Source: Rhynchobatus australiae
Lineage: Eukaryota
Direction: 5' to 3'
DNA length: 64,000 nucleotides
Assembly (NCBI GenBank): GCA_034780895.1
Contig: JAUZTB010000066.1
Span: forward strand, 11,898,291-11,962,290
Shown: positions 13,501 to 25,860 of the stretch, one piece after another
How the letters are laid out: each line of letters opens with the position of its first letter
How positions within the stretch are numbered: the stretch's first letter is position 1
Notes under the pieces: model-generated
What the model was told of the DNA's origin: nothing
Seen by the model: the letters and a program-made list of their open reading frames with translations, nothing else
Database searches by the model: none
Program-made: the position numbers and the translations under genes

Positions 13501-16500
13501 NNNNNNNNNNNNNNNNNNNNNNNNNNNNAACATGACAAAACCTGTTCAGTAGTGGGCTAGAACCAGTTGTGAAACGCCAGTGGTTCTGTCATGAACAGTT
13601 AGTGCTTCCAAACACCCACAAACCCAGCAAACGTCAGCATTGTTGGGGAGGGAGTTTCACCATTTAGACCCCGCAGTGGATGAAGGAATGACAAAGGCAG
13701 AAAGGTGTGTGATTTGGAGGGGAACCTGCAGGTGGCAATGCAATTGCTGCTCCTGTCCATGGAGGCTGAGGGGTTGGGAAGTGCCTGGGTGAGTAACTAC
13801 AGGACATTAAGTGGATGGTTTCCAATTTGGCTGCATGCCACCATACGTTCCAAGGTTTTAAAAATTATTCTTGGGCTGTGGCTTTTGCTGGCATCTGATA
13901 TCCACCCACTAGTTGCCTCGAGAAGATGGCAAAGATCAGTCACATCCGGACACTGAGTGTGTGGCTGCGGTAGTCCTTGGAATGAAAAGTTCAGTACCAG
14001 GGTACAACATACAAACTCTGCCCCAAGACCTGTTCACAGTGAGGGAGGAAGGGTGAAACAAGCAGGACTTCTGACCGGTTCTAAATATTTAGCCTCACAA
14101 TTCAGCTGCCTGTACAATTGTGTTAAAATGACACAGAATCCAATCCTACAGAAAACCAGCTCAGGATGTAATTAAAAACAAAGGCATTAGATTCCACACA
14201 GGAAATTAAATCCTTTGGGACCAAACATCTGCAAGCAAGTCGGAGTTAAGGGATCTTCAGCTGCTCTGGAAATTTAATCCCTGCTTATGATGACAGCTGG
14301 GTTCAGTTTGAATTGCAGATTGAAGATCCAATCCACCCTACAGTCACATTATTCCATTAGGTGACTGCATTTGAAATGACCAGAATAAAATAAAGGGTAA
14401 AGGGGCAGGTGGGAATTCTAAGCCTCATCTTTTTCGTGTCCATTATCCTCCATCAGGATTGAACTTGGCCAAGGAAAAAAGTTGTGCTGCATTTTATACC
14501 AAAAGGAACAAACATATCAAGCTTCATCCTCCAAAGCAGTTTAGGAAAATACTAAAGTTAACAGCAAATTCAAACCACCAGGTCCCAGACATCTCACTGC
14601 AGCACTGTGGACAAGTTGGTCTTGTACAAGCAGGGCAACACCAGTGCAATTCCTGCACTGTCACCTCAGTGGCCTCCATTGTTCAGCGTTGACCTCCACT
14701 AGCCTGCGGTTGCCAATAAGATTTGGAAGCCAAACAAAAATACACCATCCCTGACTCTCTTAGAAGCAGCTTTCAAGTCTAAAGTGTTGCATGGGTCAGT
14801 TATAAGCAAGTGAACATTGGATCAACCCAATAATCAGTAGTTAACCATTAGGAATAATGTGCAACGGAATGTCACAATAATATACAGAATCATATGTGTC
14901 AAGATCAAAGTTTAAATACTTTCGCTTCTCAGCGCATCTAATCTTGTTTGATAAAATGCATTGCAAAAGAACAAAAAAAATGCAGACAACCATCTAGTTC
15001 ATTACCTGGTTGATTACAATGAATGTGCTGCACTATAGCTATAGCACATGTCACTGGACATGAATGAGATCTGACACATTCTACCCAATTTATTCACCAT
15101 GCAAGTAGCTGAGTTGTCCACAAGTGTAACGAACACCGAATGCCTGTTCCTCACCACAGGGGCTGGCTGTGAATCCCTAGCAACAGGGATCACATATCAC
15201 TCCTCAATCAGCTAAAACCAGAGCCCCTGCCGTAATACAAGCTCTCTGCTTAGGTGGATTTGAAAAACCATAAAGCGAGTGCTGTGTGGTCAATAAGGTA
15301 AAAACCATGGCTAGCAACCCTCCCACTGCATGGGGTGCCCATCATCTGCCCTGACCGATGTTCAGTGGGTTCCAGGAAATACTCCAAGCAGAGGCAACAC
15401 CAACCAATGTAACCTGCCAGCCATGCCCAATTTGTAAAGGTTAGGTCATAATAAAGTCTGACTAATGCCACCTGCCATATCATACACTACTGATGTACCA
15501 AAATTCTGTACACTATAGAAAAATTCTTCATTATTTAACATTTGCCTTCTGCTTCAAAGAAATTTCAGAATGGATTCCGCACATAGTTAATGCTATCCAA
15601 CAAATATAACACCACCTGACTGGACTAACACAATACTAGCAGATGCACATGGGTTCCATGTGGGAAATTGCAGGGTGAAAATTAGCCCCCATGACAGCAG
15701 AAAGGAGAGAACTATTGAAGGAAACCAATGAATGAGAAAAAAAGACAAAACCTTACTCGCCAGCAAGTGTCCGGGAACATATACCACAGCTCACTTTCCA
15801 TTATTCTTAACATAACCAGGCTGTGTTATTAGCCAAGTTCCCTTCAATAAAGGCAACACAAACAGTGCTGCGCGTGAAATATAAACAGGCTCCAGCAGCA
15901 CAAAAGGCCAGGTGTGCCTGTGTCATAATTTCTATGATTCCAAAATCTAGAGTGTCACAATCAACAGTATTTTTTATATAAAGTATAATTAAATGTACTG
16001 GTTAGAATGATGCAGGATGGGTCACATTCTCATTCAATCAACCTCAAAACCCCCAAGGAAGGTGCACCAGCCAATACCAGTGAACAACACTGAGGTTTTC
16101 TTTTCAAAAAAAAATCTGGCTGCTTTCATCTCCGGAATGCACACAAAAAAAGTAAGTTTATTTAGAAATGAATCGTATAAAATCAGAACTTTACAGGTCA
16201 GAAGGAAGCCTTTCAACTGCTTCTCAACACCCAACATACCCAAGCTAATAGCAATATTTGTAACTAACAAGCAAAAGCTATCAGACACCTCCACCAGCTG
16301 CTTTAAGTAGTCAGCAACACCACTCAATCTTTAAGGTTCTAAGCCTAAATACTTGCAGAGAAATCTAGGTAAACACCCAAGAAAAATATAAAAGACTTTT
16401 CTCATGAGACCTCCGAGAAGACCTTTTAGCTGTTCCTTACTAGAGGACCACAAGGAGTTTTGGCATTCTTCCATTAAATTACATATGGAATACACTTCCT

Positions 16501-17624
16501 GTAACACCACATTTACTTCCTGTCACAGTGTAGCCATTTCACATGTCAACTTTTCCCAACTTGCTGTCAGAAATGCATGTCTCTGATAGTTCATAAAATA
16601 GTCAAAATAAGAGCTGGCATTTGGACATCCAAATTCACTGCTTCAGAAGATTCCTTATGAATTAATCCCAACCAGCCAGCTAGATCAAAGCAGAAGTGCG
16701 TGAGCAGGACACATCTTTCCAGCTACTTTCATGAGTAGCTGGTGTTTCAATCAGTGTGGAGTTGGTAACAACTCACTTACATTGTTGGCATGTGTCCCTG
16801 TAATGGGGACCAGTTTGCCCTGCGTTCTTGAACAGCACAAATGATCTCCCTTCAGCCGAAGATTAAACAAGTTGCAATCTCAAGTATGCTCTACAGCACC
16901 TAGTAATATCCATATCCAAATACGGTAATCAAACATAGCTGCAGACCAAAATAACAAACAGGCAAATTCAAGTGCAATGATTTAGTGATAAATTCCCACT
17001 CTAAAGAACAAGATCCCACATCTTGCCACTGCTCCACTTGAGATCACAAAGTGGATACATTAACAGCTATGAGCCCTTACAACATCTCTGACGTTGTACT
17101 GAAGACTTGTGTTCCAGAACTAGCCAAGCCTCTAGTCAAGAACTTCCAGTATAGCCACTCAGAGGCAAATTATTCAATTATGCCCCATTCATGAAATCCA
17201 GGACAAATACAAATCATCCCAATTACCGCAACTTCAGCTAATTCTATCTTCAGTAAAGTGATGGACCGTGTTAGCCACAGAGCTGCCAGGCAGCAGTGAT
17301 TCACCAACCTGCTCACTGACATTTGGTTGGGCTTCCACCACAACCACTCGGTACCTGGCTTCATTGCAGCCTTGGTCCAAACAGCAGAATCCCAGGTGGT
17401 GAGGAGAGAGACTGCCTTTGACATCAAGGCAGCATCTGACACAAAGGACATCAAGAAGCCTGGGTAAAATTGGAATCAGTGGGAACTACAGGAAATCTCA
17501 AGCACTGGTTGGAGTTGTACCTCAGCATCTTAAGCCTAAGCATCTTCAACTGCTTCAACACCTTCCATCATAAAGTCAAAAATGGGAATGTTCGGTCCCA
17601 TTCACAAAGCATCGGAAAGTGAAG

Positions 17625-17760
17625 CCAGAGACAAGAGACTGCAGATGCTGGAATCTGGAACGAAAGCCAAACTGCTGGAGGAAGTCAGCAGGTCAGGCAA
17701 CATATGTTGAGGGAAATGGACAATCAACATTTCAGATCAAGATCCTCAATCTGGACCTGA
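17625..17760 (-). mobile_element. Penelope pLTR end fragment (similar fragments at about 21260-21345, 25945-26075 and 6735-6820)
   Basis: gagacaagagactgcagatgctggaatctgga...ctgctggaggaa.tcagcaggtcaggca, recurring across the window. Confidence 0.7.
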
Positions 17761-19840
17761 TGAAGAAACTCATTNNNNNNNNNNNNNNNNNNNNNNNNNN
17801 NNAAAGAAAACAAAGCCACTTGCATGCAAAATGGTCGACACTTAAGGCATAGGCTGATAAGGGGCAAGTAAGCTTCACAAATATCAAGTAAAGATCAGAA
17901 TGTAACCAACCCCCTTTGACATCCAGCCAATCATCAACTTTGAATTTTCCATCATTTCTAGTCCAGTTAAAGTCATCAATAAGCTGAAAGACTGCAAGGG
18001 CAGTGATTCTGCAGCAAACAACTTACTTCCTGATGTCCTAAAGTCTTTCCGCCATTTACAAGACACAGTAGGAAGTCACCACAACTGTTTTGACAGCAAG
18101 CATCACCCAAACTGGAACCTCTGCTTAGAAAGAGCAAAGGCAGCAGACCTATGGGAAACCTCCATCTGCAACTTCTCTTCATCCCAATTTGGAAATCATT
18201 TGCCATTCCATCATCATTGGGTCAAAATCCCAGACTCCCAACCTAATGGCACTGTGGCAGTACATCAACATTCTACATCAGCAGTTCAAGATGGTGAATG
18301 GAAATTGCCTTCAAGGTTAACCATTTATGGGAATTAAATGTTAGCCTTGACAGCAAAGGCCACATCTCACGAATGAATAATTGGAAAAGAAAGACACAAG
18401 GAACTTGGATAATCAACCAAGTCAGTAATTGTATTGTTTTTGCAGGGAGCCTCAGCCATCCAGAATCCAATTCCATTCATCAACAAATCACCTCCCACAG
18501 GCAAGGTGGCTTTCTGCAGCAAAACAGTTTGCCTCCTGATCTCCTGAAAGTCTCCCCCCACAAGACAGAAGTTTGGATGTTACTGCATAGTCTCCAGAAC
18601 AAGATGGGAAAGCACAGTTGAAGAGTGTGGGGTCTTCAGTTATTGAGATGTGCAAATAACCCTGAACCATTAACATTCGAACAAGCTGTGTAATGGCCAG
18701 ATCCACTGATGGAGAATCACCAACAATTAACTAAACATTTACAAATCATGCTTCGTTAACACTTTGTCAACTCCTTTAAATTACACATGTTTATATATCC
18801 CATTTACAATGGGAGCCTTCCCTTTTAAGGCTCAGTGTAATTGTGCCCTCCAGCCAGTGATGGTGCTGTCACACATGAATCACCCAGCTCAACATAGATC
18901 ACATGCACAGAATGGCCTTTTTCAGACCATTCTTCCATGCCAGTGTCTGCTTATGTTCTACCTTTTGCCTCTCTTCACTCAGCATTACCTTCTATTCCTT
19001 CTCCTTCATATACATTTAACATTAATGCTATTTGCTCAAAAACTCCCATTGCTACTTTACAGTCTAATAACACTGTCTAAAAAACTTTGCTTAGTGAAGC
19101 ACCTTATTGAAAATCTTAGTCTGCAAGAACTGGTCCAAGGACCCACCAGCACCTCATCCATCTGTACCACCAGACAACACGCCAGCTTGACTCTCCCAGG
19201 ACTGCAATCGCCGGAGCAAGACATTTGAGATTCAATCCCTGAAAAGCCCTCCAATCCAACACCACTGATATTTGGGAATCTCAGGTAGCACCAACAATTC
19301 CTTCCTCCTTCAAATCTTTGGATCAAATCTGTTAACCTCAGAAAGTGTACACATCAAAGAGATGAATCTCAGGAGTCTGGAGAGCCACAAATGGAGCTGG
19401 ACAAAGTGTGCAAGAACAACCACGTCAGATCAGAAATCCATAGCACAGGAAGCGGACATTCAGCCCATCGTGCGTGTGACAGCTTCCTCCCACGCAAACA
19501 TCAAACGTGGAAGGACAAACTAACCAAAAAAAAAGGGGGAGAAGATTTCAATTTCTCGGCCACTACCACCTTGCTCTCTCCAACTGGGCCAGTGCGAGGA
19601 GGTCTGTCTTGGAGGNNNNNNNNNNNNNNNNNNNNNNNNNNNNNNNNNNNNNNNNNNNNNNNNNNNNNNNNNNNNNNNNNNNNNNNNNNNNNNNNNNNNN
19701 NNNNNNNNNNNNNNNNNNNNNNNNNNNNNNNNNNNNNNNNNNNNNNNNNNNNNNNNNNNNNNNNNNNNNNNNNNNNNNNNNNNNNNNNNNNNNNNNNNNN
19801 NNNNNNNNNNNNNNNNNNNNNNNNNNNNNNNNNNNNNNNN

Positions 19841-21050
19841 GCCTAACACACACACACACTCTCTCTCTCTCTCTCTCGGTCCCCACACAGGCTTCAATTG
19901 AAGTTGGAGCAGCGGCGCAGCGGACCCATTGCCCGGGTCCGCACAGGATTTCTCCCACTACCGCCACACATTGCTACAATGCGGGGGGGACACACACGAC
20001 ATAAGCGGACCTCGGCAGGTACTGCTATTAAAATAAAAGCAGGAGAAGTGGCCAAGCGGGCCGGGTAAACATAAAGCGATTGTCCCGGGTGTCGCAGTAA
20101 CAAATGTTTGAAAGGGGTTCTCGGGATGGGATCCGGACCTGCGCCGTGACCAATCCACCCCCCCCCCCACAACTTGCTCAACACCTACACCCCCCCCCAC
20201 CCCAAAAATGAAGCTGGAGCCCAGGGAAATTGCCATTTAAGTGGGACTTGTGACCTCATTTACCTGGTAAATAGGGTTTTCAGTGCGACTGTCGCCACAC
20301 TGTGTTTGAAGACTTGTATTGTTGTTAAAAGAGAGGTTAAATAATTGGATTTAAAAGGTGGCTCATATTCCCCTTTTTCTTTCTTCCTCTTTTCCCTCCC
20401 TCCTTCTCTCATTCATTCCTTCCCCCCCCCCCTTTCCTCCCTCCTTCCTCCCTCCCCCACTCATGACTCTACCATGCTTTGCTGAGGGTCCATTCTCCCT
20501 CTGTCTGTCGTTGCTCANNNNNNNNNNNNNNNNNNNNNNNNNNNNNNNNNNNNNNNNNNNNNNNNNNNNNNNNNNNNNNNNNNNNNNNNNNNNNNNNNNN
20601 NNNNNNNNNNNNNNNNNNNNNNNNNNNNNNNNNNNNNNNNNNNNNNNNNNNNNNNNNNNNNNNNNNNNNNNNNNNNNNNNNNNNNNNNNNNNNNNNNNNN
20701 NNNNNNNNNNNNNNNNNNNNNNNNNNNNNNNNNNNNNNNNNNNNNNNNNNNNNNNNNNNNNNNNNNNNTCTGTCGTTGCTCACACTCGCTTCGCCAGCAG
20801 CGAAGACGCCGGTGCTGCTGGTTTAACAAGAGCTCGCCGCTCGCCTGCCCCTTCTCTCCTGCAGCCTCTCCGGATCACACTCGCTCTCGATGCTCTTCGA
20901 ATCGGATCTGGAAGAAATAAAAGCAACAGCTCCACCTCCCAGCCTCTTAAAGCAGGGACTGAGCTCACGAGCAGTGCACTTGGATTACACAATTTAAAGA
21001 GACAGTCCACTCAAATTCTTCAACCAAGCGGCGCCTTCAGGATGGATTTA
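19841..21050 (-). promoter_or_regulatory. CpG-rich promoter/5' region of the gene downstream of TADA2A (possibly DUSP14 by synteny)
   Basis: CpG is retained locally (gcggcgcagcgg, cgggccggg, cgccgctcgcc) in an otherwise CpG-depleted window. There is a CCAAT at about 20150, plus (CA)n/(TC)n and pyrimidine tracts. The gene identity and strand are inferred, not seen. Confidence 0.55.
19846..19877. repeat. Compound (CA)n(TC)n microsatellite
   Basis: acacacacacacac followed directly by tctctctctctctctctc. Confidence 0.85.
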
Positions 21051-21499
21051 TAGCTTTATTGGGGGAAACACATTTCTCTTGAATCTTTAATTTATATCGC
21101 ATTGATATCAATCCATAAATTACCGTTTCCATATATAAAAGAGTCAAAACCTTATTTTGTTTGGAAGCCAAATACAACAGTGGGAAAATAATCCAATCAC
21201 TTTAGGCTCCTTCACACACATTAGTAGAGATCCATCGTCTAATAAGAAAATGTCCCTTGGAGACACGAAGGACTGCAGATGCTGGAATCTGGAGCATAAA
21301 AAACCTGCTGGAGGCATCAACATGTTCAGAGCTTGGGCCGTACAGTCTGATCCCAACTAAGGCTTTCAACCAGTTCTTGAGTTTCCCATTTCTGTAAAAA
21401 GTTTCATGTCTGTAACACGATTGAAAACATTGTTGATGTCTCCAGGCCCTGTAGCTGTGGAAGGCCCTGACCTGAATGTAATGCTCACACAATGAAACT

Positions 21500-21960
21500 A
21501 GGAGTTTTGAAAGGAGGTTCACTGGGTGAATTCCTGAGATGAGAGGATTGGCTCATGACAGGATTTAAGAAATTAAATCCATGTTCGTTGGAGTTTAGGA
21601 GAATGAGGGATTAGTAAAACATGTGAGATCTCAAGGGGGCAGGACAGAGTTCCACTGGTGGGACAATCTAATGACAGACATAGTTACGGGGTTCGGGGGG
21701 CAGGCATTTTCAACAGAGGTGCGCAGGAACTTCTGCTGGCAGATGGCGGTGAATCTCTGGAATTCTCAGCACCAGAGGTTAGCAGAGCCAAGATCACTGG
21801 AAGTATTTAAAGAGGAAGTTGGTGCATTTTTGAAAGATCAGGGAATAGAGGGCTATAGGGAGCTGGCACAGAAGAGATGAGGCCAGGGCAGATCAGCCAT
21901 GATCACTTTGAAAGACAGGGCACGTTCGAGGGCCCGAGTGGCCTACTCCTGCTCTTATTT
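21500..21960 (+). mobile_element. CR1 LINE 3' fragment (related fragments at about 35720-36190, 38820-39240, 40940-41270, 45440-45760 and 54950-55200)
   Basis: FSTEVRRNFCWQMAVNLWNS..RLAEPRSLEVFKEEVGAFLKDQGIEGY and the tail gagggcccgagtggcctactcctgctc. Confidence 0.78.
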
Positions 21961-23069
21961 TTTTTAAATGTTTTTATACTCTTAATACTTCTTATGGTGC
22001 TAAAATGATTTTGACAAGTCTAATTGTGTGCATGTGTGCGCTGTCTACTAAGTATGCTGAGGCAACTGACCACAGCTTTGTTGAGGGCACTTCCCGTACT
22101 GTAACCTCTACCGCACAAAAGAACTAGAGAAAGTATGGAGGAAATCTTCTACATTGCATGCTATCCTTCCTTGGAAACATATTATTGATCCTTCACCGGT
22201 GCTGGGCCAAAGTCCTGGAACTCCCATTCCAATAGTGTAGATGGATTCTATTCACCAGTCAGGCTCCAGAAACAACTCATCATCATTTTCTCAAAGGCAA
22301 TTGAGGATGGACAATATATAGCCAGTGATTCCCAAATCCCATAAATGAATTCTTAAGAAAAAATCAATTCAGATCCATAAGGATGATCGGGAATGATAAT
22401 TAATGGAGTGGGTATTTTCAGGACAGAATTATGTTTCTTGGTAGGAGGTAGTAATAGGTTATTTGGGCATTTCTCTTTCCTGTACGAAACTTGCTTGACC
22501 ACAGAAGTGTTGTGGGTGCCAATCCTGCTGCTCCATTCATTCCATGTGGTCTTGGTACAAACACCTGGGTTAATGGGTTTCAGGAAACCCAATTAGAAAT
22601 ACAAAGGTATTTTCTGATTTTAATGACCCTTTCAAGTTTTCTGAACTACCAGAGGATAAGTCGAGGGCTTCATGCTTTGTGGATCTTTGGAACATTTTGA
22701 AATCATTCCCAATCCCAATTAAAATGGTTTTGATGGATACGTATCCTTGCAAACCTTGCCAGTGGTCAACGGTTATCCTGGATCACTCAGGTTAGCCTCC
22801 ATCTCAATTCCTTTTCCATTTGCTTTGAGAATGTCCATCAACATGGTGTGGGAAGCAATTGCAATTTGCTACTCAGAGCAGCAGGGCCCATAAACCTTAT
22901 CAATGATGGATCTTGAAGATCTTACATCCACCAAATGTTCACTGCTGATTTTCTACTACCTCAATGCACTGTGTAATGAATTGAAGTTTGGAAGTGAAGA
23001 ACATTCAGACCTTCTTCAACCAGGATTATTTGAACTGAGTAAAGTTTACCTAATAGCAAGTGAAACACA

Positions 23070-23420
23070 CTCATAGAGTCATACAGCACAGAGACAGACC
23101 CTTCAGCACACCAATTCTGCACCACCAAGCCCCAATTTACAGTAATCCTACACAAATCCTGTTTTATTCTTCCCACATTCCCATCAACTCTTCCCAGACT
23201 CCACCCCTCACCTACACACAAGCAGCAATTTACAATGGCCAATTAACCTACCAACCGGCACATCTTTAGAACGTGGGAGGAAATCAGAACAGCCAGAGGA
23301 CACCCACGTGGTCACAGGGACAATGGGAACACCACACAGAGAGCACTGGAGGTGAGGGTTGAACTTAGGTCACTTGAGCTGTGAGGCAGCAGCTCTTCTA
23401 GTTGTCCTGATGTGCCACTC
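23070..23420 (-). mobile_element. HE1-like V-SINE
   Basis: Reverse complement of the head, V-domain (cgtgggaggaaatcagaacagccagagg) and tail. Confidence 0.75.
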
Positions 23421-25569
23421 AAACAGCTCTGATAATAATGTAAGATTCATTTTTATATAGATAAAGTTATACAGGCATGAAATAACAAAGCTAAATTCTT
23501 CCAGTCATGTAGTCTTTGTGTTCAAATCACAACATGTTTCCCAGAGAATGTTGCAGCACACTGGTTAGATATAACTGTTCCATTGATAAAATGGCAGGTG
23601 ATATTCCTGTGATCTCCTTAGAAACAGGATTTTATTCAGAGGATGAGAAGAGTCCTAAAACATTTTTTCCAGTCTCCCAATACTGTACTTCCATCCTTAA
23701 CTTCAAATTCTGAATAGGCGAGTGTGTGCCTCAGATCTATCTTGTTTATAACGTTTTTAATGTAAATGATATCAGATCTTGCCTAATACATCTTCCCTAA
23801 ACCTTTTCAAATTCTTATTTACCCCAAAAGCATATTAGTTTTTTTTTCCCTTGGCACTGCAGTTCCTCTTAGGATAAGTGCAAGTTTATATCTGCATTGC
23901 TATTTTAGCTCACTTGCAAGCTACACTGTGGGAGCACTGATCGACATTATCACAGACGTCAGTAAACGACATCATTCTTAACTAATGTGTTTGCTAATAA
24001 AAATGTAGCTAATTTCTTTTTCAGGCGGAGTAAAACAGAAAAGGCAGTTTATTAAAACATACCTGGTCAGGATTTGCCAGGATGCGCATACCTCCTTTTT
24101 TAGGGTCTGATCATCTCATGTGGACATTTGGAATTTGTAAAGTAATAATCATTTGTTTGCAAGAGAGTTTCCAGTTAGAAGAAGAGAGCTGTGGTTTTAC
24201 AGTGAGATCAGTCACATCCCTGCCCACATTCATTTGTCTGGTGATCTCTTCCAACGTGTTCTGCACTTTGTCTCTCTGCCTTTGTGTATCAACATTCATG
24301 GCAGCACCCTCAGCTTTATAAAACTGGACTGCTTCCTGGATAACCTCAGCCCCTCTCTTCACAAACCTTCTCTGCTTTCTCATACTCCCATTCTCGCTCC
24401 CTAGGACTTGGTGTCCATTTCCTTTTCTATCCATATTTATTTAGTCCCCTTAGTTTTACACAGAGCAGGTGTTATGTCAATGCAAATCTTTGTTAGTTTC
24501 TTCCCGTTGGATGACTGGTCTTTTACTGAGGGTTGTGATGGATAAAATTAATTCTGTGGAAAGAATTACTGAGTGAGGTCCTTTACTTCACGTTTAGAGG
24601 GGCTGACCATAAAATAGTCTCCACTGGAGATCTTTCCTACTAAATTACATGCTTTGTACCTGGACCCAAATATCTTCCTTTTAAACAATTGACATATTGT
24701 GCCTTTGTTTCTTGTATCACATTTACTGGTAATGGATTTTGATTTTCTTTTGTTTGCCTAGCATTTTGAATTTGGAGTGGTGCAGATCTGGTTGCTATGG
24801 TAACAGTTATAATCCTGTGCTGTGATGAGAATCCTTTTTAAGTGGCCATTTGAAGGCTTAAACCAAATTGGTTGCCATAGCTAGGTGGCAGTGGCATTCA
24901 AATGTAAATTATGTTTATCCCTCAAACGCCTTGCCTGCAATCCAAACCTTGCTGTCTGGTGTTAACCAGTGTTGTGACTGCTTCAGAAATAGTGGTCACG
25001 GAACATAGGTGAAAACTCCACAAACTTGGAATTGCATCCAGAGCAGCTGGCTAATCACAACACTAAACTGCGACAAGGACAAACAATTCCATACCCAACA
25101 CACACCCATTCCGTCGGAGGAAAAATATAAACAGTATTCAGTGATACCTTGTTATTAGAGGCTAATTATTACAATAAACTTTGTCGCATGGAAGGTTAAT
25201 TACAGCCCAAACTGGGGCTCATCTTTCAATTAGCTGAATCCCTGGGGGAGAAAGAATATAACNNNNNNNNNNNNNNNNNNNNNNNNNNNNNNNNNNNNNN
25301 NNNNNNNNNNNNNNNNNNNNNNNNNNNNNNNNNNNNNNNNNNNNNNNNNNNNNNNNNNNNNNAACATGTGATTGTAATGATATAGTCAGACTATTTATCA
25401 GCAATTACCATCTGGCAAAAATGTAAACCCCAACATGCTTGTGTGGCTGTTGATACTTTTCCTATAGTTATATTCTATAATGATTGTTCACAATGTAATG
25501 GACTACACAGCCACAGACTCTGTCACCTGGATTCAAAACCTGGGCATCAACGTAAAAGCTGTTACCACA

Positions 25570-25860
25570 GCACAGTGGCAATGCAGGTAGAGGTGTTGTC
25601 TCACAGCTTCAGTGACCCAGGTTCCATTCTGACCTCCGACTGTCTTTGTGGAGTTTGCGAGTTCTCCCTGTGACCACATGGACCACGCACCAAAGCCTTG
25701 CTGGCCGTTAGGTTAACTGGCTGTTGTATATTTTCCCTAGTGTAGAGAATAAAGGGTATGTATGAGAGAATAAGTGGGGGAATGGGGTTGATGGGATTTC
25801 TCTGAGAGCCAGCATAGGTTTGATGGGCTGACTGGCCTCCTAATCGTTCAGGAATATGAA
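25570..25860 (+). mobile_element. HE1-like V-SINE (internally deleted); other copies at about 10600-10737(-), 13170-13400(+), 37089-37260(+) and 51146-51364(+)
   Basis: agcacagtggc..ggtagag..tcacagcttcagtgacccaggttccattctgacc head, with central and tail motifs shared among copies. Confidence 0.75.

Noticed and set aside
18764-19228. 154-aa plus-strand ORF
   Set aside because: It has a non-ATG start, no recognisable motifs or splice context, and partly overlaps decayed repeat-like sequence.
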